IMG/VR virus record: IMGVR_UViG_2663762966_000005
Location: 1-64,000 of that record
Direction: 5' to 3' (one strand)
DNA: 64,000 nucleotides
Origin: an uncultured virus (IMG/VR IMGVR_UViG_2663762966_000005)
Lineage: Duplodnaviria; Heunggongvirae; Uroviricota; Caudoviricetes
Of this stretch, positions 1 through 9,469 are shown in pieces. Below the pieces are notes generated by a model. The model ran no database searches. It was given only the letters and a program-made list of their open reading frames with translations, and was not told the origin of the DNA. Position numbers and translations under genes: made by a program. Within the stretch, counting starts at the first letter, position 1. The number at the start of each line of letters is the position of its first letter.

Positions 1-270
1 TCAATAGGTGGCTACTTTACCAGATTCTTTTGTGTCTGTAACGACAGATTGCACGTAGGACAATAACCAAAAACTTTTTCGCCCATCCTTGTATGGCCTT
101 TGGTATCTGCCTTCACGAATCCGAGCGTCTAGAGTTTCAGGTTCGATATTGAGCATGTGTGCAAATTCTTCACGACCAACTCGGCGTTCTTCTTTTGACT
201 GAGCAATACGTTCAGCTACAGCAACAATCTTTTCTAGAATACTAGCCTCTATTTTAACTATTTGTCCCAT
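1..270 (-). CDS. Excisionase/AlpA-like winged-HTH protein
   Basis: 89 aa; VGREEFAHMLNIEPETLDARIREGRYQRPYKDGRKSFWLLS matches the AlpA/Xis pattern; last gene of the left operon. Confidence 0.75.
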   Translation of the reverse strand: MGQIVKIEASILEKIVAVAERIAQSKEERRVGREEFAHMLNIEPETLDARIREGRYQRPYKDGRKSFWLLSYVQSVVTDTKESGKVATY

Positions 271-528
271 TTAACCCTCCTTACTTTCCGCTTTAACTTC
301 TAACTGGATGCCTTCATATGTGCCATCACCCCCACAATTCAGACAGTGTGTATATATGCCTAAACCATCCCCATCAGGACTAAAGTTTTCAGGTAATGAA
401 ACATCTATAAATTCAGTACCGCCAATTGGCTTCGTATGAATATGAGGGGCAAGGCCGTAATAGGGGAAAATGCATTCACCGTTCCCGTCATCACAAAAAT
501 TACATGTTTTAACTTTTAATCCACTCAT
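271..528 (-). CDS. Small Cys-rich phage protein (possible Zn binding)
   Basis: Two CxxC motifs (CNFC, CLNC); GGAGG RBS for the next gene lies at its 3' end. Confidence 0.6.
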   Translation of the reverse strand: MSGLKVKTCNFCDDGNGECIFPYYGLAPHIHTKPIGGTEFIDVSLPENFSPDGDGLGIYTHCLNCGGDGTYEGIQLEVKAESKEG

Positions 529-531
529 CCT

Positions 532-816
532 TTAGTTCCTCAACTCATTACGTTCTTTCTTCAATTGACGCAAAAGGTTGTGAAGAGTAACGGTTACAGC
601 TTTATCTAGACTTTTGGTTGAATGAAACTCTGCTAGTTGAGACAGTGCTAAACCAAAAATGTGATATGCAAAAACTTTTGCAGCTTCCGGATTGTTTTTG
701 AGAAGCTCCTCAGTACTTGGACAAATGATTTCTTCAAAAATATGAAGAGCCACCTGATCCGGAGTACCTTCAATACGGCTAGGATTCAAATTAACTTCAC
801 CAATAACCTTACTCAT
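532..816 (-). CDS. Hypothetical phage protein (likely start MSKVIG)
   Basis: The internal Met overlaps the upstream stop, as is typical of coupled phage genes. Confidence 0.55.
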   Translation of the reverse strand: MSKVIGEVNLNPSRIEGTPDQVALHIFEEIICPSTEELLKNNPEAAKVFAYHIFGLALSQLAEFHSTKSLDKAVTVTLHNLLRQLKKERNELRN

Positions 817-1219
817 TAGCAGCTCCAGATACGTTTGGCACACTATGAAAATGCATCCAGTGTGAAGGCGCATCATTATGATAATTTGCCCATACACTAT
901 TTAAATCTTCATCAATAGTCATATAGTCTTGATCGGGGGTAACATCAGGTGCATCAGCCCAACAAATAAGTACCATTATGTCAGTAGGCGGCCATTCATC
1001 ATCCATGCTGATCCAAGTTGGCAACACCTGAGCACTGGCGTCATTCCATGCGGCATCCCAAATCAACCAAGCTTCATGACGAGGACTAGTTGGTAAATAT
1101 CTGTGTCCTGTTAGTGCCTCTTGTCTATCTAGTTGACGTTTTAAACTTTCATAACTGCAATTACATTCTTTGGCATGAAATCTTTCAAAAGCTTCTCTTT
1201 TTTTATTTACATCAATCAT
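809..1219 (-). CDS. DUF551-like phage early protein
   Basis: C-terminal WISMDDEWPP...VLICW...PSHWM pattern. Confidence 0.6.
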   Translation of the reverse strand: MIDVNKKREAFERFHAKECNCSYESLKRQLDRQEALTGHRYLPTSPRHEAWLIWDAAWNDASAQVLPTWISMDDEWPPTDIMVLICWADAPDVTPDQDYMTIDEDLNSVWANYHNDAPSHWMHFHSVPNVSGAANE

Positions 1220-1222
1220 TAC

Positions 1223-1468
1223 CTAAGCCCTCAAATATTCTTCTTTAGTCCACTCAACAAACTCTTTATAAAGTTGTTGTGCCGGTTTATTTAAACGGTT
1301 GTGATAGTCAATCGTTATGCGGCGCCAAACGACTGGTACCGCATAATGTTTGGTTAGAAACATCGCTTGATCCATGCCTTGCCGGACTATTACATAGCCC
1401 AGCAATTGCAAGTAGTACATAAAACCAAGCATGTGTTTTTGGCTCACTTTCTTGTACTGATCTTTCAT
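1223..1468 (-). CDS. Hypothetical phage protein
   Basis: Tightly packed in the left operon. Confidence 0.6.
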   Translation of the reverse strand: MKDQYKKVSQKHMLGFMYYLQLLGYVIVRQGMDQAMFLTKHYAVPVVWRRITIDYHNRLNKPAQQLYKEFVEWTKEEYLRA

Positions 1469-1469
1469 A

Positions 1470-2429
1470 TTAGAAACCGTCCACTAATAGATAATCAGGA
1501 TCAGCTTCAGGTTGGGTAGGTGTAGGATTCTCTAATTCATAGCGGCGTTTTCTCACATACCCCATTAGCTTCGGTTGAATCTGCGGATCTCGTGCAGCCA
1601 CATCTATTTCCAGCGCATCCAATGTTGTGAGGTCTGGTGCGTTCTGGATCTGAACCATTAAAGAGGGTGGCTCATTCGCAGATGCCTTTTCTTTTTCTAG
1701 CTCTTCAAGTCGTTTGTGAGTGGCAACGAGGAGAGGTTCCATTTGTTTGTCATTCCACGTACGGGTATATCGATAAACAGCATTTACCTCTTCAGGTGTT
1801 TTTGATTCTTTTACACGCTGAAGAAGAGCATCTAATGCTTTCAGATACTCAGGATCTACTTTAGGCTCGTTAGTTTCTGGAACTAACAGATCCTCAGATG
1901 TGGTGACATTTGTTTGTTCGGTAATAACAATTGTTGGTTGAGTTTCTGCAGAAATAACGTCGCTAGGCTTTTCTGCTTTTGATTTTTTGCCTCGCTGTTT
2001 TTTGGGCTCTTCACCAAGGCGAACAACGCTAAGATCATTATTAATTTCAAAACCGAGTGCTTTTGAAAATGCTTTTAATTGAAGCTTGGCATTTTCTGCA
2101 TCACGTTGAACAAATCCTCTTTTAATAGCTTCAATGAGTGCAGCAGTTTCAAATCCTATGATATAAATTGAAGGGAGATATGTATTGATAACAAAAACAT
2201 CCTGACCCGCTTTATACTCATCAATAGTTAATGGCTTTGTGAATGTAATGCCAGCCAGTTCAATAGTTTCGATTTTGATGCAGAATTCAAAACCCGGTTT
2301 GCCAAAAACAGAAGCGGGGAATTGATCTAAATCGGCAAAGTCCAACATGTCTCCGGCTGGACGACATAGAACAGTTTTACCGTTTTGAAGAGCTGCAAAT
2401 GCTTCAGCTGCAGTTAGTAAGTTAGACAT
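1470..2429 (-). CDS. Hypothetical phage protein in the recombination module
   Basis: 319-aa ORF with AGGAGAG RBS, directly after the Rad52-like gene. Confidence 0.7.
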   Translation of the reverse strand: MSNLLTAAEAFAALQNGKTVLCRPAGDMLDFADLDQFPASVFGKPGFEFCIKIETIELAGITFTKPLTIDEYKAGQDVFVINTYLPSIYIIGFETAALIEAIKRGFVQRDAENAKLQLKAFSKALGFEINNDLSVVRLGEEPKKQRGKKSKAEKPSDVISAETQPTIVITEQTNVTTSEDLLVPETNEPKVDPEYLKALDALLQRVKESKTPEEVNAVYRYTRTWNDKQMEPLLVATHKRLEELEKEKASANEPPSLMVQIQNAPDLTTLDALEIDVAARDPQIQPKLMGYVRKRRYELENPTPTQPEADPDYLLVDGF

Positions 2430-2443
2430 AAATAGCTCTCCTT

Positions 2444-3211
2444 TTAGTGATGTAACGACTGTTGTTGTTGAACTTGCTGAGGATTGTTTTTAGGCGCCCA
2501 ACCCATCTGATCGGCACGTGCTTGGCATGCTCTATTGATACCTGCCTCATACGTAGTACCTTTAAACTTTTTAATGGCAGCATTTAAAATGTTAGTGTCT
2601 GGAGCATCTTTAATTGCTTTTAAAGCATCTTGATATAGTTGATCCTGAGTACGAGGTGGCTTCTGGTTACCACTCTGAGCAGTTGTCTGGTTATTCTGGT
2701 TTGAATTTTGACCTGCTGGGGTTGAGGCATTTTGCTCTAGATATGCATAGTCATAGTTATATAGATATTTACTTCCATCAAAGTTACCGAGGTAAACATC
2801 AGCTGCCACACCAATAGCTTTAAACGCTACACCAAGAGCATCAGTAACGGCCTTTTTATAACCTTCATCAATCGCTACTAATTTGCCCTTTTGAACTTCA
2901 ACAATTGCTGAACCGCCGTTGCCGAAAAATTCCTCACCCCAAACACCATCAATCTTGGTTTTTACTGCTACTTCAGCAAAAGCCATAATGGTTCCATCTG
3001 GAGCAGTTTCAGACCATAAACGTACATGTCTATAAGTCCAGCCATGACCAACAGGACCAAAGGTCTGAGTCATAGCCATTAATCGCCATTGAGGGTTAAT
3101 ATCTGATTTACCTTTTAAATAACCAAACTCAATTTTTTTAAGAAAATTGGTAGGCGTTTGCTTAACTGCATTCCAGATATGTAAGTTGTCTTTTGAGTTT
3201 TCAGTTGTCAT
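2444..3211 (-). CDS. Rad52/Sak-like single-strand annealing recombinase
   Basis: Motifs FGPVGHGW and DEGYKKAVTDALGVAFKAIGVAADVY are typical of the Rad52/Sak family; likely start MTTENS. Confidence 0.75.
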   Translation of the reverse strand: MTTENSKDNLHIWNAVKQTPTNFLKKIEFGYLKGKSDINPQWRLMAMTQTFGPVGHGWTYRHVRLWSETAPDGTIMAFAEVAVKTKIDGVWGEEFFGNGGSAIVEVQKGKLVAIDEGYKKAVTDALGVAFKAIGVAADVYLGNFDGSKYLYNYDYAYLEQNASTPAGQNSNQNNQTTAQSGNQKPPRTQDQLYQDALKAIKDAPDTNILNAAIKKFKGTTYEAGINRACQARADQMGWAPKNNPQQVQQQQSLHH

Positions 3212-3222
3212 TTTTCTTATCC

Positions 3223-3546
3223 TCATCTAGAGCCGGTGAAGCCGCGTTTTTGCTTATATGCTTTGCGGTCATAAGTAGGGATATTTGTTTCACGTAGCTT
3301 TATTGCGAGCTGCTTTCTGCGTTGGAAGTCGATTTCTTGTGTAAGTTCATTCCAAACTTTTGGATAGTCAGTTTGGAACTTTTCAACGTCCAAAGGTGTC
3401 TTAACTGAGTCCTTCACCTTGTAAAGAACTGAGCCATTAGCATTAGATGCGTACACTTGCCAGCCAATGCGGACAGAGTAGAGGCCCTTATCATCACGGC
3501 CTAAAAATGACATATAGCCGTCAGGGTGTTTTTTGAAATTAGTCAT
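3223..3546 (-). CDS. Hypothetical phage protein
   Basis: ORF in the left operon. Confidence 0.6.
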   Translation of the reverse strand: MTNFKKHPDGYMSFLGRDDKGLYSVRIGWQVYASNANGSVLYKVKDSVKTPLDVEKFQTDYPKVWNELTQEIDFQRRKQLAIKLRETNIPTYDRKAYKQKRGFTGSR

Positions 3547-3548
3547 CT

Positions 3549-4004
3549 TTAAGCCTCCACCAACTTGTTACGTTCGATGAAGCCTTTTAGAAGGCCATTG
3601 ATGTTTCGGATGTCTTCAAATTCGGTGAAATCGTTATATGACTTACCGTTAATATCAGTGATTTCATTTACTGTGAGTTGAGTAATATCAACAGCGGTAA
3701 ATTCAGAACCCGGAACGCCGTAACTGTCTAAATGAGCTTCAAAATCAAAGCTAACGTTTAAACGGAAGCTATCTAATTTGATGACGGCAACACCTGTATG
3801 TTTACCTGTGATTTTCGCGGTTAACACACCGTAAGTACTTGGCTGCGTTTTTGGAGTAAATAGAGTAGGAGCTTCTTTTGTTTGGAAAGCTGGTTGTAGC
3901 TGGCAAGCAACTAAAGAACCACCAGAGATTGCAAGAGCAGCCATGCTGACAAATGCAAATGCAAATGAGTTGAATGAGTTGAATGAGTTAACTTTTACGT
4001 TCAT
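3549..4004 (-). CDS. Putative lipoprotein, first gene of the PL operon
   Basis: Hydrophobic signal ending in lipobox-like LVAC; likely start MNVKV. Confidence 0.6.
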   Translation of the reverse strand: MNVKVNSFNSFNSFAFAFVSMAALAISGGSLVACQLQPAFQTKEAPTLFTPKTQPSTYGVLTAKITGKHTGVAVIKLDSFRLNVSFDFEAHLDSYGVPGSEFTAVDITQLTVNEITDINGKSYNDFTEFEDIRNINGLLKGFIERNKLVEA

Positions 4005-4078
4005 AATTGATCTCGCAGTTTGCAAAGCACATCAGATTTAGCGGTCGGTGTGCTTTTTTGTTGTCTACGAGATAAATA

Positions 4079-4136
4079 CTACTTTAAGTAGAAATTAAGT
4101 CAATACATAGTAGGGATTATTTCCTACTTAAAGTTG
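4079..4136. promoter_or_regulatory. OL-like operators (13-bp CTAC-N5-GTAG palindromes)
   Basis: CTACTTTAAGTAG at 4079-4091, degenerate copy at 4101-4113, CTACTTAAAGTTG at 4124-4136; the same motif occurs between cI and cro. Confidence 0.7.
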
Positions 4137-4227
4137 TATATTATTAGTTTTAAATAATAAAAAACCCACAAAAAGTGGGTTTAAAGTAAAAAATTAATAA
4201 TTGGTTTCAAAGAAAATAAGCTGAAAT

Positions 4228-4905
4228 TCAATAAATATCTCGGTACAAGCCAACCACTTTTCCAACAAGGCGGCAATCTTCGGAAAGTTTAATAATTTTA
4301 TCAGGCCAGTCTGGGTTCAATGGTTCCAAGAATTTACTTGTTCCTTCGCCCTCAATGATAAGCTTTTTAAAAGTCGCCTCTGAATCGCCAGCGCAAGCTA
4401 CAATTACAAGATCATCTGTTTTAAGATCAAATGTTTGAATGTCTGGATTCACATATATTCTATCACCCGGTAGAAAGGTTGGAGCCATAGAATATCCTAC
4501 TACTTTTAAAGCATATCCATTTTTCCCGCATCTTTTATTTGGCGGTAAATATTCTTCAATTTCCGTATCTTTCAAAACTGTCTCAATCGGTGTAAATGAA
4601 CCAGCCGCAACCCAAGAGATTACTGGAACCCTGCGTCCTTCGAAACCAACTTTATCTGATAAATCAATATTATTGTCTAACTTAGTGCCATGGTCTAAGT
4701 AACTAATTTCCACTCCAAAAATATCAGCCAATGTTTGTAGCTTTTCAATTCTTGGTTTAGCAGAACCGAGTGTATATCTACGAGCCATCTCATAAGAAAC
4801 ACCAATAGCATTTTTTAACTCATTGATAGTTTTAATTGGAGAGTCTTTTGCCTTCATCAATGCGTTGAGTCGGTCCGCAAAGTCTTTGTATTTAGCGTCA
4901 TCCAT
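4228..4905 (-). CDS. cI: CI-like repressor (HTH + S24 autopeptidase)
   Basis: N-terminal HTH; VAAG cleavage site, GYSM Ser motif and ATFKKL Lys motif; divergent from cro. Likely start MDDAK, because the longer ORF runs over the operators. Confidence 0.9.
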   Translation of the reverse strand: MDDAKYKDFADRLNALMKAKDSPIKTINELKNAIGVSYEMARRYTLGSAKPRIEKLQTLADIFGVEISYLDHGTKLDNNIDLSDKVGFEGRRVPVISWVAAGSFTPIETVLKDTEIEEYLPPNKRCGKNGYALKVVGYSMAPTFLPGDRIYVNPDIQTFDLKTDDLVIVACAGDSEATFKKLIIEGEGTSKFLEPLNPDWPDKIIKLSEDCRLVGKVVGLYRDIY

Positions 4906-4922
4906 CAAAATAGGCTTCTTTT

Positions 4923-5004
4923 CTACTGTGGGTAGAATTTTACTATCAATTTTTAGTTGCACCAATTCTATTTTTGGTAGTATATTTCTTTCTACTTTAA
5001 GTAG
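4923..5004. promoter_or_regulatory. OR-like operators between cI and cro
   Basis: CTACTGTGGGTAG 4923-35, CAATTTTTAGTTG 4947-59, CTATTTTTGGTAG 4968-80, CTACTTTAAGTAG 4992-5004; spacing 21-24 bp. Confidence 0.7.
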
Positions 5005-5021
5005 GTTTTTTGGTGTCATTT

Positions 5022-5270
5022 ATGACTACTCCACATGAAGCATTTAATAACGCTGTGACTTTTGCAGGGAGCATCTCAGCTTTAGCTCGAAAAATAGGGG
5101 TTACACCTTGGGCTGCTAGCAAATGGAATCCTGAGAAAATTCCAGAAGATCGCTGTTTGAAAATTGAGGAAATTACTCAGGGTCAAGTTAAGGCAGAACA
5201 ATTACGACCAGATATTAACTGGGAATATGTTCGCAAGAACCTTAAGAAGCAAAACCAATCCGTGAGCTAA
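5022..5270 (+). CDS. cro: Cro/YdaS-like repressor
   Basis: GSISALARKIGVTPWAASKW HTH and LRPD C-terminal motif; divergent from cI. Confidence 0.85.
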   Translation: MTTPHEAFNNAVTFAGSISALARKIGVTPWAASKWNPEKIPEDRCLKIEEITQGQVKAEQLRPDINWEYVRKNLKKQNQSVS

Positions 5271-5324
5271 TTCTCACAAATTAGCAAACGTGCGTATACG
5301 TGAAATTTAAAGAGGGATTCACAT

Positions 5325-5825
5325 ATGAGTGAAATCAACTTAAGCCCAGAGGCTAAAACAGCAATTTACAAGATGATTCACCAGTCACAAGGAGTTACGC
5401 CGCAAGAAATTGCAAACGTACTTGGTGACTCTTACAAGAGCGTACTTAATTACGCAAACCCAAATATGGAAAGCCATTTACCAAGTATTAAGAAGCTTGA
5501 GGCAATGATTCAGTTTACACGCAACCCAGCTTTAGTTAAGGCATGGGCACACATGCTTGGTTATGTTCTAGTGCCAGCTAATCAAGTGGATGAGAAAGGC
5601 CATGAAGTCAGCATTGTTGAAACCTTGCTACATATAAATATTAACAATGGCCAAACCAATCAACAGGTCCACAAAGTTTTAGAGGATGGAGTTGTTACAC
5701 CTGCGGAATTAGCAGATACAGAAGAAATCTTAGAAGAAATGGAAAACCACATTCGCCAACTTCGAGAGGCGCTTAAGTCGGAAGCTGCAACTTATATTTC
5801 TAAGGTAAAGAAAGAAAAAGCCTGA
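5325..5825 (+). CDS. CII-like phage regulatory protein
   Basis: Lies after cro; N-terminal HTH (SVLNYANPN) and DGVVTPAEL motif. Confidence 0.7.
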   Translation: MSEINLSPEAKTAIYKMIHQSQGVTPQEIANVLGDSYKSVLNYANPNMESHLPSIKKLEAMIQFTRNPALVKAWAHMLGYVLVPANQVDEKGHEVSIVETLLHININNGQTNQQVHKVLEDGVVTPAELADTEEILEEMENHIRQLREALKSEAATYISKVKKEKA

Positions 5826-5874
5826 TCTGGTCCATCAGGCTAGTTAATTCAATTACTTGCTAGAGGAATCGAAT

Positions 5875-6147
5875 ATGCAAAACAATTTAGCAAATCAATC
5901 GGCTAATTACAACTTACCAGAATTTCTATCTGGTGACGTTGTTGTACTTACTGAAGAGTGCCGCACTTTTAAATCAAATGATTTGTTTGAAGTTAAAAAC
6001 AAAAACTTGACTAGTTTATGGACCATCAAATCAGAGAATCATTTGATTTTAGTTTCGTCAAAAGAAATCCGCACAGCAACAGTTGCAGAACTTAATGCCA
6101 AACGCCGACTAACAAGCGCTGAGCAAGCATTAGCGGAGGTGTCATGA
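5875..6147 (+). CDS. Hypothetical phage protein
   Basis: AGAGGA RBS before MQNNL; coupled to the next gene. Confidence 0.6.
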   Translation: MQNNLANQSANYNLPEFLSGDVVVLTEECRTFKSNDLFEVKNKNLTSLWTIKSENHLILVSSKEIRTATVAELNAKRRLTSAEQALAEVS

Positions 6148-6440
6148 ACAGCTTTACACAGCAAATCAAAGATTCTCGCCAGCAAAGTGAAATCCAATCT
6201 TTCTATGAGCCTGCATTGCGAGTACTTGGGCACCTATTTGAGGTGAAAAAGCAAAATTTACGTAACAAAGGTTATGACGAAAATAATGCAGCGGTAACAA
6301 AGATTGAATTTTCAGAGGCTATGGCTCGTCAATTTCGCATAACGCAATGGTTAGCACAGCAGATTGTAACCAGCTTAACCAAGGCGTGTTTGGTTGATTC
6401 TTTTGGAGGCTATGTTAAGCCAAAGGATGGTGAAAAGTGA
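6144..6440 (+). CDS. Hypothetical protein (winged-helix-like)
   Basis: ATGA overlap with the upstream gene. Confidence 0.6.
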   Translation: MNSFTQQIKDSRQQSEIQSFYEPALRVLGHLFEVKKQNLRNKGYDENNAAVTKIEFSEAMARQFRITQWLAQQIVTSLTKACLVDSFGGYVKPKDGEK

Positions 6441-6800
6441 GATATGCAGCAAGAAGAAAACAGGATATTTCCGTTTCCACCACACCGCTAGAGGTGGTAA
6501 TTCCACTGGAGCAACCAGTAAAGATCTATACGGCTAAAGAATTAGCAGCCATGCCACTTTCAGTCATGAATGCCGCAATTGAGGCTCAGGAAAGATTTTA
6601 TCAACTTGAAGAATTAACCCATATGGGGGGGGCAGGCTATAGCAGTTCGCCGTCTCATGGAGGATGGGCAAAAACTAATTCAGGTGAAAGAAAAGTCTCG
6701 TACTCGCTACAAAATCAACAACGAATTTATTCCTCCAAGAATTATTCGTCAGTTGGAAATGCGCGGTCTTGTAAAATTAGGAGCAGTCACTGATGTATAA
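6437..6800 (+). pseudogene. Phage gene apparently frameshifted at a G8 tract (6625-6632)
   Basis: Removing one G gives a protein-like C-terminus (...IIRQLEMRGLVKLGAVTDV*) ending at 6800. Confidence 0.6.
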
Positions 6801-7722
6801 ATATCTCCACCATATCAGCGACTTTATGGTTGCTACAGCGCACCTTAGCCCAGTTGAAGAGTGCTTTTATCGCCGTGCTCTCGATTTCTATTATTTGAAT
6901 GAAAAACCATTACCCAAAGAAACCCAGTCGGTTTTTCGTCGGTTACGTGCAAATACCCAAGAAGAAAGGGATGCAGTATTAATTGTGCTGCAAGAGTTTT
7001 TTGTGGAAGAGGAAGACGGGTTTCACAACAAACGTTGTGATTCAGAAATCGCCGCTTATCAAAAAGTAGGGGATAAAAATCGTGAAAATGGTAAGAAAGG
7101 TGGGCGTCCACGTAAGGAAAAACCAAAAGAAAACCAAAGTGAAGGCGACTCGGTTAATTCTGAAAACCCACAAAAACCCAGTGGGTTAATTTTGGGTTCT
7201 GAAAGTGAAAGCCAAAAAAACCTTAACCATAAACCGTTAACCGATAACCAATATATAGATAGTAGTAGTAATGCGCGTGAAGAAAATTCGCAATTAACTC
7301 CAATTCAATTTGCTCAGTATCAGATCGATGATCACAAGCGTTATTCAATGCGTGAATTCATTTCTGAATACAGCGAGTTTCAATACGATTTCATCTCACT
7401 TGCTCAACAAAGATTTGTTTCTGTACCTGAAATCGACTTGAGAACCATGATTCAAAATTTCGGTGACTGGTACTTTGCAAACGAATCAAGTTCGTTGAAT
7501 ACACCAAGCATCTGGTTGGTTAAGTGGTTCTCTTGGGTTCAAAACAACGAGAAACAAGTTGCTGCAAACCGCAAGAAACAAGAGCAAATCACTTCAACCG
7601 GTCAAAAACCAGAAGAGTCGGGTTACTTCGCTAATCTTTTTGAAGAACAGAGCGAATCTCAAATCGTGGATGTAACCCCAGCAAAAAAGTTTCCAATGAT
7701 TGAGGAGGTAGGTCATGCATGA
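6793..7722 (+). CDS. Phage replication initiator (YdaU/DUF1376-type N-terminus)
   Basis: HHISDF...YRRALDFYYLNEKPLP...HNKRCDSEI...NGKKGGRP motifs; lambda O position. Confidence 0.85.
   Translation: MYKYLHHISDFMVATAHLSPVEECFYRRALDFYYLNEKPLPKETQSVFRRLRANTQEERDAVLIVLQEFFVEEEDGFHNKRCDSEIAAYQKVGDKNRENGKKGGRPRKEKPKENQSEGDSVNSENPQKPSGLILGSESESQKNLNHKPLTDNQYIDSSSNAREENSQLTPIQFAQYQIDDHKRYSMREFISEYSEFQYDFISLAQQRFVSVPEIDLRTMIQNFGDWYFANESSSLNTPSIWLVKWFSWVQNNEKQVAANRKKQEQITSTGQKPEESGYFANLFEEQSESQIVDVTPAKKFPMIEEVGHA
7117..7250. repeat. Iteron-like AAACC(C/A) repeats, putative phage origin inside the initiator gene
   Basis: Clustered gaaaaacc/gaaaaccc/aaaaaccc repeats, inverted gggtt copies and taacc repeats in the linker region, as with lambda ori in O. 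Confidence 0.55.
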
Positions 7723-8464
7723 GATTACCTTGAACGAAGTGCGTCAATTAATCGCTTCTCTTCGCACTGTTTACGCTGCTCAGTTCAATAAGCAATTTCC
7801 AGCAACAGGCGAAAGTGCAATTCCTCTGTCAGTGGTTGAGCAAATCGCACTTAAAACACTGGTTGGCGTTCAACAAAACCAATTTAACAACGCACTTGCT
7901 CGATTACTTACAGCAGGTGGACGCTTTATGCCGTCATTTGCCGAGTTTCGCACCTGGTGTATCGGTGAAAGTTGGATGTCTCCAGAAGAAGCTTGGTCTC
8001 GCGCATGTAAGTTTACAACTGACCGTTCCGTGGTTATTACCCAAATCACTAAGTACGCCTTAGACGAGGTTATGTATTTGATCGAAGCCGGCCAAATGCG
8101 AGCAGCTCAAGATAATTTCTTCGGGACATACAACGTGATGGTGGCTAAAGCTCAGTTAAAAGGCCGTCAGCAAGAGTTTTACACTCCACCGCTACAACTA
8201 GAGCATAAAGAACCTAAACACGTTCCTGTGAGCAATGACGAAGCGCAAAAGCATCTCCAATCATTGATGGAACGTTTAAAAATCAATGGTCGTAAACCTG
8301 TACCAGTACAAAAGCTTAAGGCTAAGGAAAAAGAGCCTGAGCTTATAAAAGAGTTGGGCCCTGATCCTTTCGATAATCCACACGAATACGCAGAGATGTG
8401 CCGTCGGGAGGGTATGCCAATCCCTAGAAATATTCTTCAGCTAATTGATGGGGCGAATGTATGA
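7715..8464 (+). CDS. Replication protein P-like (helicase loader)
   Basis: Follows the initiator; FMPSFAEFRTWC motif. Confidence 0.65.
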   Translation: MHEITLNEVRQLIASLRTVYAAQFNKQFPATGESAIPLSVVEQIALKTLVGVQQNQFNNALARLLTAGGRFMPSFAEFRTWCIGESWMSPEEAWSRACKFTTDRSVVITQITKYALDEVMYLIEAGQMRAAQDNFFGTYNVMVAKAQLKGRQQEFYTPPLQLEHKEPKHVPVSNDEAQKHLQSLMERLKINGRKPVPVQKLKAKEKEPELIKELGPDPFDNPHEYAEMCRREGMPIPRNILQLIDGANV

Positions 8465-8586
8465 ATAAATTCGAGATTTTAGCGTGGGGTTTACTCATTT
8501 CATTTTTTACAGCAGCTATTAGCGGTGCGGTGGTTTTGTGGTGGTTGGCGCGTAAAGAACATATTAAGAAAGGAATTCACCAATGA
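8461..8586 (+). CDS. Small membrane peptide (41 aa; not in ORF track)
   Basis: MNKFEILAWGLLISFFTAAISGAVVLWWLARK; ATGA overlaps at both ends. Confidence 0.55.
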   Translation: MNKFEILAWGLLISFFTAAISGAVVLWWLARKEHIKKGIHQ

Positions 8587-8981
8587 AACTAACTAAACAG
8601 CAACGTGCTGAGCTAAAACAAAAGTTTGGTGGCCATTGTGCCTACTGCGGGGAATTACTGGGTGAAAAGTGGCATGCAGATCATATCGAAGCTGTTAAAC
8701 GAGATTTAATTCATGTTGGCGGTGGAAAGTTAATTACGGGTGAAATGACTAGACCGCAAAACGACACTTTAGAAAACATGAACCCTGCATGTGTTCCTTG
8801 CAATACAAACAAGTCGTCTATGCCCTTGGAAGGGTGGCGGAGGATGCTCACACATTATCGTGATGTTCAGTTGTTACGAGATAGCACACATGCTCGTCAT
8901 TTACTACGTTTTGGGCTGATTGAAATCAAATCTGAGCCTGTGAAGTTTTTCTTTGAGAGTTATAAAGAGGGCCAGTCATGA
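8583..8981 (+). CDS. HNH endonuclease
   Basis: CAYCG...ADHIE...NMNPACVPCNTNK. Confidence 0.85.
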   Translation: MKLTKQQRAELKQKFGGHCAYCGELLGEKWHADHIEAVKRDLIHVGGGKLITGEMTRPQNDTLENMNPACVPCNTNKSSMPLEGWRRMLTHYRDVQLLRDSTHARHLLRFGLIEIKSEPVKFFFESYKEGQS

Positions 8982-9157
8982 ATAAACCATTAGAAACTTT
9001 TGATATAGACGCAGCAAAGGCTCGCTACGAAAAATTACGAGGCCGATATAACCGGAGTGGGCTATCTAATACTGATTACAACGAGCTACTTCAATTAGAA
9101 AAGGCACTTGACCAAGCGAAGAAGTTTAATGCGGAGGGCGCAAAAAATGGACAGTAG
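8978..9157 (+). CDS. Hypothetical protein (59 aa; not in ORF track)
   Basis: GAGG RBS and ATGA overlap; fills the gap in the operon. Confidence 0.55.
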   Translation: MNKPLETFDIDAAKARYEKLRGRYNRSGLSNTDYNELLQLEKALDQAKKFNAEGAKNGQ

Positions 9158-9464
9158 ATGGATTGAAGCGCAACGCCGTGAAATGGAAAAGCTTATTTCA
9201 CCAGAGCTAATCAAGTCGAGAGATTTAGCACGTCAAAGTTACTTCGATCAGATGGAAAAAGAAATGGCTGACCACGTATCACGCTCAATTGAACCACTCA
9301 GCGGTAAAAAGCAAAGCACTCTGGTTGAACTAAGGGAGTCAATTGAAAAACTGGCTCAGAAGTATAAACAAGATGCTCATTCTTCCAGCCTTTTTGGAGA
9401 TCTGGATAAATCACGTGTTTATAACGGCATTGCCAATCAATTGGACCAGTTACTTAAGGGTTAA
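9147..9464 (+). CDS. Hypothetical phage protein
   Basis: GGAGG RBS before MDSRW. Confidence 0.6.
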   Translation: MDSRWIEAQRREMEKLISPELIKSRDLARQSYFDQMEKEMADHVSRSIEPLSGKKQSTLVELRESIEKLAQKYKQDAHSSSLFGDLDKSRVYNGIANQLDQLLKG

Positions 9465-9469
9465 GTGTA

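Noticed and set aside
1470..1500. Acidic-Phe C-terminus (DYLLVDGF) as an SSB-tail mimic
   Set aside because: Only loose similarity to DDDIPF; not enough evidence.
4906..5019. N-terminal extension of CI in the ORF track
   Set aside because: It runs across the OR operators and into the cro leader, so it is likely non-coding.
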